From Rhynchobatus australiae (Eukaryota), in contig JAUZTB010000017.1 in assembly GCA_034780895.1 (NCBI GenBank), positions 6,424,586-6,488,585 of the forward strand: a stretch of 64,000 bases of DNA, given 5' to 3'. This document shows positions 41,408 through 55,011 of this stretch, in pieces. The notes under the pieces were generated by a model. That model had not been told where the DNA came from. It saw only the letters and a list, made by a program, of their open reading frames with translations, and made no database searches. How positions within the stretch are numbered: the stretch's first letter is position 1; every line of letters starts with the position of its first letter. Both the position numbers and the translations under genes were made by a program.

Positions 41408-44400
41408 TGCAACAGTACAGGGAGGGAACAGGCCCTTAGGCCCTCAATGACTATGCCAACCCAGATGGCAAATTAAACTAATCCCATCTGCCTGCACAAG
41501 ATCCATGTGCCTCCATTCTCTGCATTTTAATGTGCCTGTCTAAATGCCTCTTGCACGTCACCATTGTATCTGCTTTCATCACCAAACCACTTCCCCCACC
41601 CCCTACCCCCAGTGCATTCCAGGTACCTTCCACTCTCTGTATAAAAGCATGTCTTGCACATCTCTAAACTTGCCCCTTCTCACCTTGAAGCTATGCCCTC
41701 CAGTATTTGATATTACCACTCTGGGAAAAAGTCTCTGACTATCTTTCCTATCTATTACACTCATGATTTTATATACTTTTATTAGGTTGCCCTTCAGCCT
41801 CTGACGCTCCAGTGAAAACAATCTGAATTTGTCCAGCCTCTCATTGTTAATGCTCTCGAATCCAGGCAATATCCTGATGAATCTCTAATGCACCCTCGCC
41901 AAGGCCTCTGCATTCTTCCCGTAATGTGGCGATTGGAATTGCACACAAAACTCCAAATGTGACCGAACTAAAGTCTTANNNNNNNNNNNNNNNNNNNNNN
42001 NNNNNNNNNNNNNNNNNNNNNNNNNNNNNNNNNNNNNNNNNNNNNNNNNNNNNNNNNNNNNNNNNNNNNNNNNNNNNNGATTGGAATTGCACACAAAACT
42101 CCAAATGTGACCGAACTAAAGTCTTATAGACTGCAACATGACTTCCTGACTTTTATACTCATTGCCGTGACCAATGAAGGCAAGCATGTTGTGTGCCTTC
42201 TTTAGCACCCTATCTACTTTCAGGAGCTATGGACTTGTACTCAAGATCCCTCTGTGCATCAGTGCTCATAAGGTCCTACCATTTACTGTATATTTTCCCC
42301 TAATATTTGATGTCCCAAAGTGTAACACCTCACATTTGTCAAGGTTAAACTCCCTCTGCCATTTCTTCACCCATATCACCAACTGATCTATGTCTTGATG
42401 TATCATTTGCCACTTCCTTCACTATCCACAACACCAATTTTCATATTGTTTGCAAAATTACTAATCAGCCCATCTACATTTTTGTCCAAGTCATTTATGT
42501 GCATCACAAACAAAGAGGTCCCAGCACTGATCCCTGCACAACACACCACAGACCTCTAGTCAGAGAAACACCCCTCCACCACTACCCTCTGTCTTCTATG
42601 ACAAGCCAATATTGAACCCAATCTACCAAGTCACCGTGGATCCCCACATGAGGGACCTTGTCAAATGCTGTACTAAAGTCAACGTGGACAACATTTACTG
42701 CCCTACCCTCATCAATCATCTTCATCACCACCTCATAAAATTCAATCGTTCATAAGACATGACCTGCCCTGCACAATGTCATGCTGACTATCCCTACTAA
42801 GCCCATGCTTTTCCAAACGCTAGTAAATCATATGCCTAATTATCTTCTCCAAAAGCTTCCCTAACACTGATGCCGCCTACAATTTGCTGGACTATTCCTA
42901 TTGCCCTTCTTAAACAATGGAACAACATTGGCTACTCTCCAAACCTCTGGGAACTCACCTGTAGCTAGAGAGGATACAAAGATATCTGTCAAGGCCCTAG
43001 CAATCTTCTCTCTTTCCTCTTTCAATAACCTGGGATCTATCCCATCAGGCCATGGGGACTTATCCACCTTGATTTCTTCAACAGACCCAGCGCCAGCTCC
43101 TTGCTACCAACATGCCCAAAAGTATTAGCATATCCCACACTGATCTCGCTATTCTCCATATCCTTTGCAAAATACTCATTTGGTATTTCATCCACTTAAT
43201 CTGGCTCCAGGCATAAATTCCCCTCCTGTGTCCTTGAGTGGTCCTATCGTCTCCCTAGCTATTCTATTGTTTTTAATGTATGGGATTTTTCTTAATCCTA
43301 ATTGCCAAGGAAATTCCATGGCCCCTTTTTGGCCCTCCTGATTCCCTCTTTATTTCCTGCTTTCTTTATTTTCCTTATGGGCCCTGTCTGATGTTCAGCT
43401 TCTTAAACCTTACATATGCTTCATTTTTCTTTTTGATTAAATTTACAACGTAGTTTATCATCCAGGGTTCCTGAACATTGCTATCATTGTCTTTGTGCCT
43501 CACTGGAACATGCTCCCGCATTCTGATCAGCTGGTCTTTAAATGACTCCCACAGGACTTACCTAATAACTGCTGCACCCAATCTACTCTCCCCAGCTCCT
43601 GCCTAATAATGTTGTAATTTGCCTTCCCCCAATTTAGGACTTTCCCTTGAGGTCCAGAAGCATACTTATCCATAACTACCTTAAAACTTAAGAAGCTGTG
43701 ATCCCTGTTCCCAAAATTCTCTTACTGAAACCTCAATCACCTGATCAGGCTTATTTCCCAATACAAGGTCTAGTTTGGCAGCTAGTATGGTTGAACAATC
43801 TACATGCTGTTTCTAGAAACCCTCTTGGATGCACCTAACAAATTCTGCCCCATCTAATCCTCTTGCACTAAGGAAGTACCAGTCAATATTGGGGGAATTT
43901 AAACTCACCTATTGTGACAGCCCTATTGCTTTTATCTGTTCCTCTATCGCCTTCTGGCTATTGCAAGGCCTATAGTGTAACCCAATCATAGTTATAACAC
44001 TTTACTTATTTACAAGCTGTACCCATATTGCCTCAATGGATGAGTCCTCTAGTATGTCCTCTCTGAGTGCATCTATGACATTCTCCCTGATTGGTAGTGC
44101 AAATCCCTACCTTTTTTACATCCATCTCAATCATGTCTGAAACATCAAAGCCCTGGAACATTGAGCTGGCGATCCTGACCCTCTCTCAATCAAGTGTCTG
44201 TCATGGCCACAACAGCATAATTCCATGCACTAATCCAGGCTCTAAATTAATACTCCTTGCATTGAGATAGACACATTTCAGCCCATCAGTTTCACCATGT
44301 TCATTAATCTGGCCCTGCCAGTCCTTCCTATCAGACTTAGTTGACCTAACCCTTACCTTCCCCTCAATCCCTCCACTTGCTGACCTGCTGCTTGGTTCCC

Positions 44401-44462
44401 ACCTCCCTGCCACACTAGTTTAAACCCTCCTGAGTGGCACTAGCAAACCTCCCTGCAAGGAT
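41408..44462 (-). mobile_element. Long CR1-like LINE (end of ORF1, decayed ORF2 APE and RT, 3' tail)
   Basis: Minus strand gives ILAGRFASATQEGLN* (ORF1 end), LKCVYLNARSI (APE start), DKSPWPDGIDPRLLKE..WRVANVVPLFKKG (RT) and RLFSLERQRLKG, then the CR1 tail near 41410. Confidence 0.93.
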
Positions 44463-45754
44463 GTTATTACAGGGAAGGTCAGATTAATAACCCAAATGAC
44501 TTCAGAAAGCCAGTCATGGAGATGTGGTGGTCCCAAGCTTTGAGAGATCCTTGAAGTTTTCATTCATACTGTACGGCAATGATAGACTGCTCCTTGAATC
44601 TAGGGTAGAACATCAATTTCCTGCAGTCTCCCAGAAGTTAAGCTGAGAAGTTTGAGTGCTGAAGCTGTGTCAGTTTATTCCTGGCACAGACTCAATGACT
44701 TAATTCCTGGAGAAGAATGGCTGTGAGGGTGGTGGGCAGATTTCAGATAATTTTCATTTATTGAATTAATTGATATGTTTAACATTTTTAATTCTTTAAA
44801 AATGTTAATGTTTACAATTCTTCATAGTTTCGATTGATTACTAAGATGGGTAATTTTCAATTATTGAAAATGTTTTAATGGTAGAAGCATTTGCAGAAGT
44901 TCAATCTTCTTATAGTTTTGGTGGCTGGTAAGCTTGGGGTGAGGGAATGGATTTGCATTTTAGGCAGGAAGGCCCTGCACTATCAGTTAGGAACCCATTC
45001 CAAAGCCCATGTTCCTTTTGCAGATAAGTGCAGGTAGAGGAGAGGTGACCAAGGACAGCTACACTGAACTATCAGTATGTTGTGTACAGAGAATTAAAAC
45101 AAACCAAGAAAGTCAAATGTTTGGTCACTGAACTGTTAAAACTAAGCTAAAATGAAGTTTGGAACACACATAATAAAAAACTTAGAAACTATATTTTTAT
45201 TTGAAAGGGAAGCTTTTTCTTTGCTATTTTAATGATCTGAGCCTATAATTGACTTTCCTGACCTAGGCTAAGGAGGGAAACATTGGCTAGCATTTGTAAA
45301 TGAAAGATTGTTCAACTATAGCTGCAGTAACATCTCTGGAGATGTCAGTGCAATCGGTGGTGATGTGATGGTGATGGCCCCTGAACTTGAAGATCCAGTT
45401 GTGTTGGTGGTGTGGGTTTTACCATTCTAAACATCATTTGCCAACAGTGGATCTCTGGCATCATGCATGGTGACCATATTGAAGAATTTTAACACCACAA
45501 TTGTAACCCAACATTTTACTGATTGCCTCTTAAAATTTGGAATTACTAAACCAAGGCTAAAAACTGAAAATCTATGAACATTTTAAAAGATATTTTACAG
45601 TATTTTAAAATGACATTTTGAAATTGAGTGCAAAACTAGTGTTTTAGAGGCATAGATGTTGTTAAGCACTAATTATGACAAATACACAAGTGAAATTTAC
45701 TTAAAGTCCATGGAACAAATCATGACAGAGTTGGGGTATTTTACAGACAATATG

Positions 45755-46986
45755 GTTTTGTGATTCCCTGGCCCCCACCACCTCACCTTTACTACGGATG
45801 TTCAGTCTTTATATATCATCATATCCCATCAGGAATGTTGTAAAGCCCTCCACTTCTTTTTACAACAAAGATCCACCAACACTCATCGACCTGGCTAAAC
45901 TTGTTCCTATCCTGAACAGCTTCTCTTTTAATTCATCTCACTTCCTACAAAGCAAAGGTGTCACCATGGGCACTCATATGGGCCCCAGTTACACCAGTCT
46001 TTTAGTTGCCTAAGTGGAACAGTCCTTGTTCCAAACTGGTACCACTTCCTTGCTCTTTCTCCGTTACATGGATGACTGTATTGGTGCTGCTTCATTCATC
46101 CATGCGGAACTTGTCAATTTTATCACCTTTGCTGCTAACTTCCACTCTCCTCTCAGACTCATTTGGGCCACTTCCACACTTCTCTTCCTTTTCTGGATCT
46201 CTCTGACTCTGTCTTAGGAGACAAGCTTATCCACTGACATTTACTATAAAACCTCTGGCTGCACCTATTCCCATTCTGTGTCATGTAAGGATGCCATCCC
46301 TTTGTCCTAGTTTCTCTGAGGCCTTCCATCCCAGGACATGCCTGAAATGTCTTCCTTTTTCAGGAAACGTGGCTTCCCTTCTACTGTGGTTGATGCAACC
46401 CTCTGGCATATTTCCTGTTTCCTCAACTTTTGCTCTCAGACCTCCCCANNNNNNNNNNNNNNNNNNNNNNNNNNNNNNNNNNNNNNNNNNNNNNNNNNNN
46501 NNNNNNNNNNNNNNNNNNNNNNNNNNNNNNNNNNNNNNNNNNNNNNNNNNNNNNNNNNNNNNNNNNNNNNNNNNNNNNNNNNNNNNNNNNNNNNNNNNNN
46601 NNNNNNNNNNNNNNNNNNNNNNNNNNNNNNNNNNNNNNNNNNNNNNNNNNNCAACCCCAAATATCCAGGGACCTAAACAGCCCATGCAGGTGAGGCAAAG
46701 CTGCATGTGCAGCTCCTCCCACCTCATCTACTGCATCCAATGCTCCTGATGTGGCCTCATCTACATCAGCAAGACAAAGTGCAGACTTGGTGATCGGTTG
46801 TCAGGGTACCTGCATTCTATCTGCAATGGTTATCCCAAGCTCCTGATTCCCACATCCTCAGCCTTCACTGTCAGAGTGAGCCCCAGTGCTCACTAGAAAG
46901 AACAACACCTCGTATGGTTCCAGGGTAATCTACAACTCAATGGTATGAATGTTGAATTGCAGGTAACCCTTACCTCCTGTGTTCTC

Positions 46987-47039
<53 letters not shown>

Positions 47040-47575
47040 CTCGCTCTCTCTCGTCCTCTCATTTTTGTTTCCATACCTCCCATCCCACTCCTGGCTCCAC
47101 TACCCACACACTTCACCCACCATATTTTCTTGCCCATCTGGTAGCATCTGCCCTTCTTTTCCTTGATAGTTCTTATTATCACCTTCCTTACTTGTCAGAT
47201 TCCAGCATTTGTAGTTTCTGTGTTCCCACTCATTATCCTCCAACCTCTGTCTCCTCATTCACCCTATTTATTTTTCCCTAGATACCTATCAGCCACCAGC
47301 CTAGTGTCCCAGCTCCTCCCCTTCCCCACCTGGCAATTCTACATCACCCTTTACCCCCCCCCCCCTATCTATCCACCTAATGGCCCATCTCACTCTTTCC
47401 TCCCTCCTCTTTATACTGACTACCTCTCCTCTCTGCTGTCAGTCCTGATGTAGGGTCTTGACCAAAACGTTGACACTTCCTTTTCCTCCCCACAGATGTT
47501 GCTCAACCTGCTGAGTTCCTCCAGCACTTTGTTTTCTTGCTCCAGATTTCAGTATCTGCAGTCTCTTCTGTCTCC
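45755..47575 (+). mobile_element. Penelope-like element (RT, GIY-YIG, pLTR), degenerate
   Basis: FSFNSSHFLQSKGVTMGTHMGPSY, LFLRYMDDCIG (YxDD) and LIYCIQCS*CGLIYISKT. Pyrimidine-rich 3' region, hammerhead-like module at 47441-47475. Confidence 0.9.
46990..47036 (+). repeat. (CT)n microsatellite
   Basis: About 23 perfect CT units. Confidence 0.97.
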
Positions 47576-48054
47576 TGGTTTTGTAGATACCCCAAATACC
47601 AGTTTTGCAATATAATTTGAAAGCTGCTTTTTGTTTCGACCTAACAACCACAATGTCCAATCTGTATGCTTCTGTGTACGTAGATAATAAGTAAGGGCAG
47701 CATTGAACTCGTCTTTGATGCTTCCTTAAATGAGCAATCAAGCATCATACTTTATCTCGGTAAGGAAATGGGAGGCATTTGGATAGGTACTGTGAATCCA
47801 TACTGTATAAGGACTGAAGTGTTCAGAAGTGAAAGTTGACAAGAAAAATAAAGAATGGATTGTTCTTGGTAATCTTTAGTGAAGGGAAACAAATATTTGT
47901 TTTTATTGGAGTATGTTGAATAAGGGGCATTGCTTGTTCAGTTATTNNNNNNNNNNNNNNNNNNNNNNNNNNNNNNNNNNNNNNNNNNNNGTAGGAAAAC
48001 AATAACCATCAAACTCCAACTACTTTATTTCCTGCTGGGAAGTGTTTTTCACAG

Positions 48055-49620
48055 AGTGGCAGAATAGTACAGCAAAGAAAGAGGCTGTTTGGTCTTTGAG
48101 TCTGTGACAACTATTTAGAAGAAAAATCTAGTTAGTCCACTTACTCCTCTTTTCTAAGCCCTTCATATTTTTATAAATATATTAATCTAATTTTCTTTGA
48201 AGGTTACTGTTTAATCTTTATACACTGCCCAAACTAGGAGCTTAATCCAAATTCTAAACATGCTTTTACTAAAACAAATTTTATCTCATGTTGCCTTTGG
48301 TGTTTTGGCCATTAACCATTAATCAGTGGCTCTCACTTTTGACTTTTCAGCTGTTAGAAGAATCTTCTTTATTTAAACCCTTAATAATTTTAAATATTTT
48401 ACCTCGTCTCCTCCTCCTCCTCTGATCAAAGGACAACCACCTCAGCTGTTTTAGTCAAGTTATATAACTATTCCTTTTTCTTGGAATCATTCTCCTGAAA
48501 TTTCATTGTAGCCTCTTCAAAGCCTCCAGCTGAGAAAAAAAAACTCTGTAAAATGTATGTTTGATTTTATCCTGGCTATTCCATTGTGGCTTTATTTATG
48601 AAACTCTAGATCCCATCCTCTATTCACTGCTTTGTTCACATGTACTGCATTCTCAAAGATCTGTGCAGAATATAGGTTTCTGTGTTCTTGCACTCACTTG
48701 AAAATTTGTACCATTTGTCTTGAGGTTTCTTCTCATTCTTCATTACCTCATATTTCTCTGCCATGAGGCTGCCCATTCTGCCAGTCTTTCTATGTCCATT
48801 TCAAGTCTCTTACAATCTTCTGTATTGTTTACTGTAATTCTAAGATTTGTGTTACCACCTGCATAGTATATCACTCTATATCAAATGTAACAGAGATTCT
48901 TGCATGGAACCTTGGGGGTATACAGCTGTATAGTTCCCTCCAGTCTGAAAAGTAACGATTCACTACGACTCTTTTTTTTAATTCATCCCTGTGCCAGTTT
49001 CCAATCCCCTCTTTTCCATTTTGCTATTTAGCCTAACCTTTAGCAATTTATCAGATGCATTCAGAAATAAATATACGCAACTTCTACTAAACAGGTCTCT
49101 GTTCTCTTAGCAGAAAATGCAGTCAAATTAGTCAAACATGATTTATATTTAGCAAATATTTACTGGTTTCCCTCAGTTAGTTTATGCTTATCCAAGTGAC
49201 AACTATTTTTTTCTTTATTGTTTCTAAAACCTGGCCCATTATTGGCATTATACTTATGGGACTATAGTTGCAGGTTTATCTTCTCCCTTTCCTTTGAACA
49301 AGAATTTAACATTTGCAGTCTTACTGTCTTTGGTACCATTGCTGTTTTGAAGGAGGACTGATAAATTGCGAGCAGCACTACTACAATTTCTTCCCTTAAT
49401 TCCCTCAACAATCTTGGATAAATCTCATCTGGATGACGTGATACTCTCAAATCTTTCTAGTAGATGGCACTTATCAATTGTTATCTCTTCCTATATACCA
49501 ACATTCTCGTTTACGAAAGCTTTATCTAAGTCCTCTTCCTTGGCAATCACAGATGCAAAGCTCCTGAACCATACCTTTCACTTAACCCCAAAGTTCTCTG
49601 CAAATGGGCCACCAATCCTT
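48055..49620 (-). mobile_element. Old CR1-like LINE
   Basis: ORF 49262..49450(-) has HPDEIYPRLLRELREEIV. Decayed RT and tail are collinear with the 41.4-43.1 kb copy. Confidence 0.78.
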
Positions 49621-49922
49621 TGGTAACACTGCTATTGTTATTATGCCTGTTGAAGGTCTTGGATTCTCTTTATTTGTGAACCACATTGAGAGTATGCTTT
49701 TATTAGTTGGATGGTTTAGATTCTCCACCCCTATGTAGTGACTGCAAAATTCTTAAAATAATTAATTTTTTAAAAAAGATATTTATGTTGCAAGTTCTAT
49801 GGATTTTAATGTTGCAGAAAACATTTGTTCCTCAATAAAGTATTAAGACATCAATCCATGGTAGCTAGTTTTGACTAACTTGTCTAATGATTGTTCATTG
49901 CAATAGAAGGCTTATTGCTTGA

Positions 49923-50162
<240 letters not shown>

Positions 50163-51554
50163 TAGAATTATATCTAAAAGAATTGCTTTTATATAGATTG
50201 AGATGATTAAATCTGTCTATATATATGTGTATAGTATGTTTCATATGGAGAACCCCATTTTTTTTAAATGCATGCTTTCATGGTTTCTGCAAGGCTTTGT
50301 TGCATTGAGATGTACAGAATTCCTATAAATGAATTTATATTCTATGATTTTTGCAACATTATTGTTGGGAAGGCTGTCCATATATGCAAGGAAATGTATT
50401 GGACTGGGATTCACTATGAAATGTGAGCAGTTCAATGTGTAAGTGCTACCAAGTTTGGGGTTCCTGGAGTGAGTTAGGAATGGAGACATAGAGAATATGG
50501 GCATCCATCTACATGTTAGAGCTTAAATTTTACTCCATTTAAAATGGGCATTATTTTGGAAGTCAAGTTATTTTAAGCTAAGTTGCAGGATCACTTGAAG
50601 AATGATGGTAGCCTGAAATGGAAATCTGATTAGGACTGATGGAGTTAAAATCTGTAGGATTGTTTAAGTTTGCTCGGACATAGGATGGATAGGCTAAAAA
50701 TTAGTTTCCTCATCCATAATTATCTTGTCATTTTGTGAAACAGGGAATCAGGATTAATTTGAGCTTCTGATCAATTGANNNNNNNNNNNNNNNNNNNNNN
50801 NNNNNNNNNNNNNNNNNNNNNNNNNNNNNNNNNNNNNNNNNNNNNNNNNNNNNNNNNNNNNNNNNNNNNNNNNNNNNNNNNNNNNNNNNNNNNNNNNNNN
50901 NNNNNNNNNNNNNNNNNNNNNNNNNNNNNNNNNNNNNNNNNNNNNNNNNNNNNNNNNNNNNNNNNNNNNNNNNNNNACTAAGTTTCTCCAGCAGTTTGTT
51001 TCTTGCTTCAGATTCCAGGATCTGCAGTCTCTCTTGTGATACCAATATCACAACCACTTTATAAATAAAGGCCTAAAAAATTGTTGGAATATGTTTTCAT
51101 CTCCCCAGCAGAATTCAACAAAGGATTGTGACCATTCCCCAATGGAGTTGATAGTTCTTTGTGATAAACACTGAGAAAATGTTGTTCTTCCAGGAAAATC
51201 CTGATTAAAACCATTCACACACCCAAAATACTTTAAGGATAGTACATCTTAAAAATGTAGAACAAACTCGTTAGATTGATTTTTCAAACAAGATTTTTAA
51301 AAATAGATCAATGTTAAAGTATTTTAATTGCATTACAGTAGTGTTCTTAGCATTCTTAAATTTAAGAAAAATAAAAATAAATCTGAATGATGGCAAAGAG
51401 CTGCATTTTAAATGTGAATTATTAAACTTCTGTCTGTAACCACAGAGGTACTGATTATCAGTCCATCAGTGACATGCTCTGTTTTGCAAGACATATGATG
51501 TGAGTTGTGTTTGTTTTTTCTTCTATCACATTCACCTTGCTCATTCTTGTACAT

Positions 51555-52060
51555 GTGTTCATAGATGTTTATGGCACAGAAAGAGATCTTTCACCCCATT
51601 GTACATCTGCCACTCAGGGTGAAAACATTTTTCCTCCACTTCCTCTAATCTTCTAACTATATGATCAACAAATTTTGATCTGCTAAGTAGAAATGGTCTT
51701 TTATTCTTCCTATCCAGGCCTCGTAATTTCATTAATTTCATTTGATTAAGTTTCCCATCTGCCACCACTGCTCCAAAGAAAGCATTAGAGAACTTCCCCA
51801 GCATCAACAGAAAGCACCAATGATTTCCTTTCTGTCTTTTCCATTGTAGCCATTATGCTTCAGCTATGATCTTACCACTCTTTTATTTGGGACGAGATTG
51901 ATGTCCCTGCTCTTAGTTTCTTTGCCTTGTGAACCTTAGTGACTGTGTCTGCTGCCTTCAGGGATCTGTGAGCATATGCTCCTAGGTCACTCTTAATCTC
52001 TAAATTCCTCAGTGCCCCACCATTTATTGTGTGATTCCCTTATTTGTCACCTTTCCTCAT
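51555..52060 (-). mobile_element. Old CR1-like LINE 3' remnant
   Basis: atagatgtttatggcacagaaagag..cacccc tail and gggtgaaaacattttt, similar to other CR1 3' ends. Confidence 0.55.
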
Positions 52061-53275
52061 TTATTTCGCTTCTGATATTCTGTGTTCTACTTTAGTTGTG
52101 AATGATGTTCATTAGGAATTTGATTTTTCTCTAGTACAGGAACTTGACCAAACAGCTGGGGGGCTAATAAAGGATGTCAGTGTATTTAATTTAAAGTGGA
52201 ACATTACAATAAATAAAGGTGAAAAGCTCCCAATAATGTGTTTAGTTAATCATTTTACTGAATCTTGATAAATTATTTTAAATCAATAATGGACTGTCAT
52301 TTTCTCATTTAATATTTCTGTGCACTGCCAGAATTAGTAATTGATACAGAGGCCATGAAAACACAGAGGCCATGAAAATATTTAAGCATGGATGATTGAA
52401 AGAGAATAGGTAGCTCTCAGGCCAGGGATGTTGAGGAGTAGGGAATTGGGAGTGTACCCAGAACTGGAATTACTGCTTATCTGAAGAATATGCATTAGCT
52501 TACAATTGCTGGCTCTATTTTTGTCTTGTATTTCTGTGTAAGAACATAATTCTGAAATTTGGTTGCTTTTGTCCTCTGGCTTCATGAGGTTACAAGCGTC
52601 TGAAATTATGTGGATTTGATTACTTGAAAACTTACCTGAGTGCAGTTGACTGGTCAGGTTTTTGGCTAAGTTTCAAACTTGGTCTCAGTATGCATATCAT
52701 CTGTGATCTTGACTAGAAGAGAAATGCCAGTCTTTTAAGAACTTTTTATAGATTTAAGCAAAATAATGATAAATTAAAATGTNNNNNNNNNNNNNNNNNN
52801 NNNNNNNNNNNNNNNNNNNNNNNNNNNNNNNNNNNNNNNNNNNNNNNNNNNNNNNNNNNNNNNNNNNNNNNNNNNNNNNAAAATGTACCAGCATTACTGT
52901 TTTGACATGGCATGGGCTGGAACTGTTGACTTTCTTGGTTCCTCAGATTGGGAAAATAATGATCTTATGTCTTGAGATTGAAGCCATTCTTTATCTATAA
53001 TTGAGGGACTATTCTTCAAGTTACTTTGCTACAATTTGCGTAGATTTATTAAATTCTTCTTCATGCAGTAAACCCTTCTAATTCACAAAAAAATGTTTTG
53101 TGGAAAATGCAATTACAATGTTTCAGAATCTTAAAGTTTATGGGATGAAGTTTCTTAGATTGGTTGAACTTAATTAGGTTGTACATTTTAATTTAATGAA
53201 TATTCATATTGTGAGGAAATAGGCTCTTATTTATTGAATGTAGATTAATGATGCCAATTGCTTTTTTGTGGCCAG

Positions 53276-53369
53276 GGGAAAGTGGAGGTGGAAGCTGGGA
53301 AAGAAGTAATGAAGTTCGAAGCAGGCGCCTTCTCTTACTATGGCATGATGGCTCTCACATCCTCTCCAG
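53276..53369 (+). CDS. CNNM2: CNNM2 exon 5 (CNBH domain)
   Basis: Acceptor ggccag, donor CAG|gtacta, 94 nt, phase 0-1. Translates [31 protein letters not shown]. Confidence 0.96.
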
Positions 53370-53869
53370 GTACTAATCTTAGTTCAACAGCTATAGCATT
53401 TAGAGGGATCAATGGTTTCTATGAAAGTAAAATAACGGGAAAAGGTTTTGAATCCAAATTATTAGGATTTAATCAGTACTCAGAAGCTTGGATTTTAAAT
53501 CTGCAAGTAATCCTCTTACAACCCTTAGCTCTAATGGGTACCAAATTATTGATTAGACCAAACTTGGCGACTGGGCACTATTTTATCCAGTGTACAAATA
53601 TGTACATGTTTATCTGAAAATAGAGCAATTAGTTCCTGTACATTTGACACACGTTTTGACAGCTTGTGCCTAGCGTTCTGAAACAGTGTATTCCTTGACA
53701 CTACAGTTACGTGATGCATTTGTGTGCTGTGATTGCACGTGCGTATCGCTGTGTTTTTGTGCCACAGCTCGCTGTGGTTGCGCACCACAGTTGACACAAA
53801 GGAAATCTAGTAACCTTCTGAACAGCCTATTTGGTATGCATGTTGTACATTCCTGAGTTAGACGTCACT

Positions 53870-53906
53870 TGTGCAGCTGCACTCTACTGCCACCAGATGG
53901 AGGTTT
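53870..53906 (+). promoter_or_regulatory. Candidate CTCF binding site
   Basis: tgCCACCAGATGGAGgt resembles the CTCF core CCACCAG(G/A)(G/T)GGCG, with a TGCAG upstream-motif-like element and a CpG-retaining patch beside it. Motif match only. Confidence 0.4.
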
Positions 53907-54196
53907 CTAAACACTGGAGGATGCACATCTTCATTCTTTGCGAATTCTGCTTTGCCCTAAATTTCTTCAGGAAGTCATCTCATGAGGTGAGAACATAGCT
54001 TCTCTCATGTGAAAAACTTAACCTGCTCTCCAGAAGGTATATATCGTAATAATAGCCAACCCTTATTAGTTGAAGGGAATTCGGCCACCATTTCTTTTGA
54101 AATTCTATTTATTGGGATTTTTGTCTTTTTTTTAAATATCAAAATAAACCTGCTGAAAACATTAAATTCTGCTTGAGCAGTTTCAAGTATATCAAC

Positions 54197-54534
54197 TGTT
54201 ACGTACCAGCAACAAAAGAAACACACCGAGACATGTATGTGTTAAAATCTACTTTATTAATAACTACTTATGATAATAAGTAAAATAAAAGTAAAAATGT
54301 TAGAATGTTAGANNNNNNNNNNNNNNNNNNNNNNNNNNNNNNNNNNNNNNNNNNNNNNNNNNNNNNNNNNNNNNNNNNNNNNNNNNNNNNNNNNNNNNNN
54401 NNNNNNNNNNNNCACTCACTCACTCACTCACTCACTCACTCACTCACTCACTCACTCACTCACTCACTCACTCACTCACTCACTCACTCACTCTATCTAA
54501 AAGGGACACTCACTAATACTCCTAGTCTGTAACA
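54197..54534. mobile_element. LTR retrotransposon LTR (solo or gap-collapsed), with 4-bp TSD
   Basis: CAAC|TGTTAC ... GTAACA|CAAC: TG..CA ends, perfect 6-bp terminal inverted repeat and perfect 4-bp duplication. Contains a 100-N gap and (CACT)n. Confidence 0.8.
54413..54492 (+). repeat. (CACT)n microsatellite
   Basis: 20 perfect units next to an N-gap, inside the LTR. Confidence 0.97.
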
Positions 54535-55011
54535 CAACACTTGATCCATTTACTACTCATTTAGGATGAAAGATGCCAGGTGTCTAAATGTAGGCCGAAG
54601 TGTTAAATAGGCTGATTTGAGAAAGGAATGATAACTGAAACTAATCAGCTGAGGAACTGAAAGAGAGTCAGGTCATTTAGGGAAGTACAGAATTATTTGA
54701 AAACAAAAATTGATAAATGAAATGAAAATAAGCAACTTATATTGCAGTTCTTAATAAGTGTGATAAATTGCAAGATTAAATGGTTTTGTCTAAATGTTAG
54801 CTAATACTCCACCAATGTGAAGTCTTCATTTTTGGTGCTCTGTTAATATGAATCCAGCTTTATACGGCAGTGATAAGTTGTGACTAAAAGCAATGGACTT
54901 CTTTTGAAGCACTTTCCTAATGTCTTTTACTTCCAGTCCCTTCCACGGTCAAAAACAACATTGGGAAATAAAAAAGACCTCTATTTTAGTGATTTTCTTA
55001 ATTATTCTGAA

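Noticed and set aside
41931-42126. Perfect 48-bp direct repeat around a 100-N gap
   Set aside because: Identical sequence on both sides of a placeholder gap inside a collinear CR1 indicates an unmerged contig overlap.
46281-46749. Long ORFs spanning N runs (also 32856-33617, 34376-34827, 50728-51057)
   Set aside because: Open only because N codons contain no stops.
52346-52378. 17-bp-period tandem duplication acagaggccatgaaaa (similar small ones at 30723 and 55771)
   Set aside because: Ordinary slippage duplications with two units and no spacers. Not CRISPR-like.
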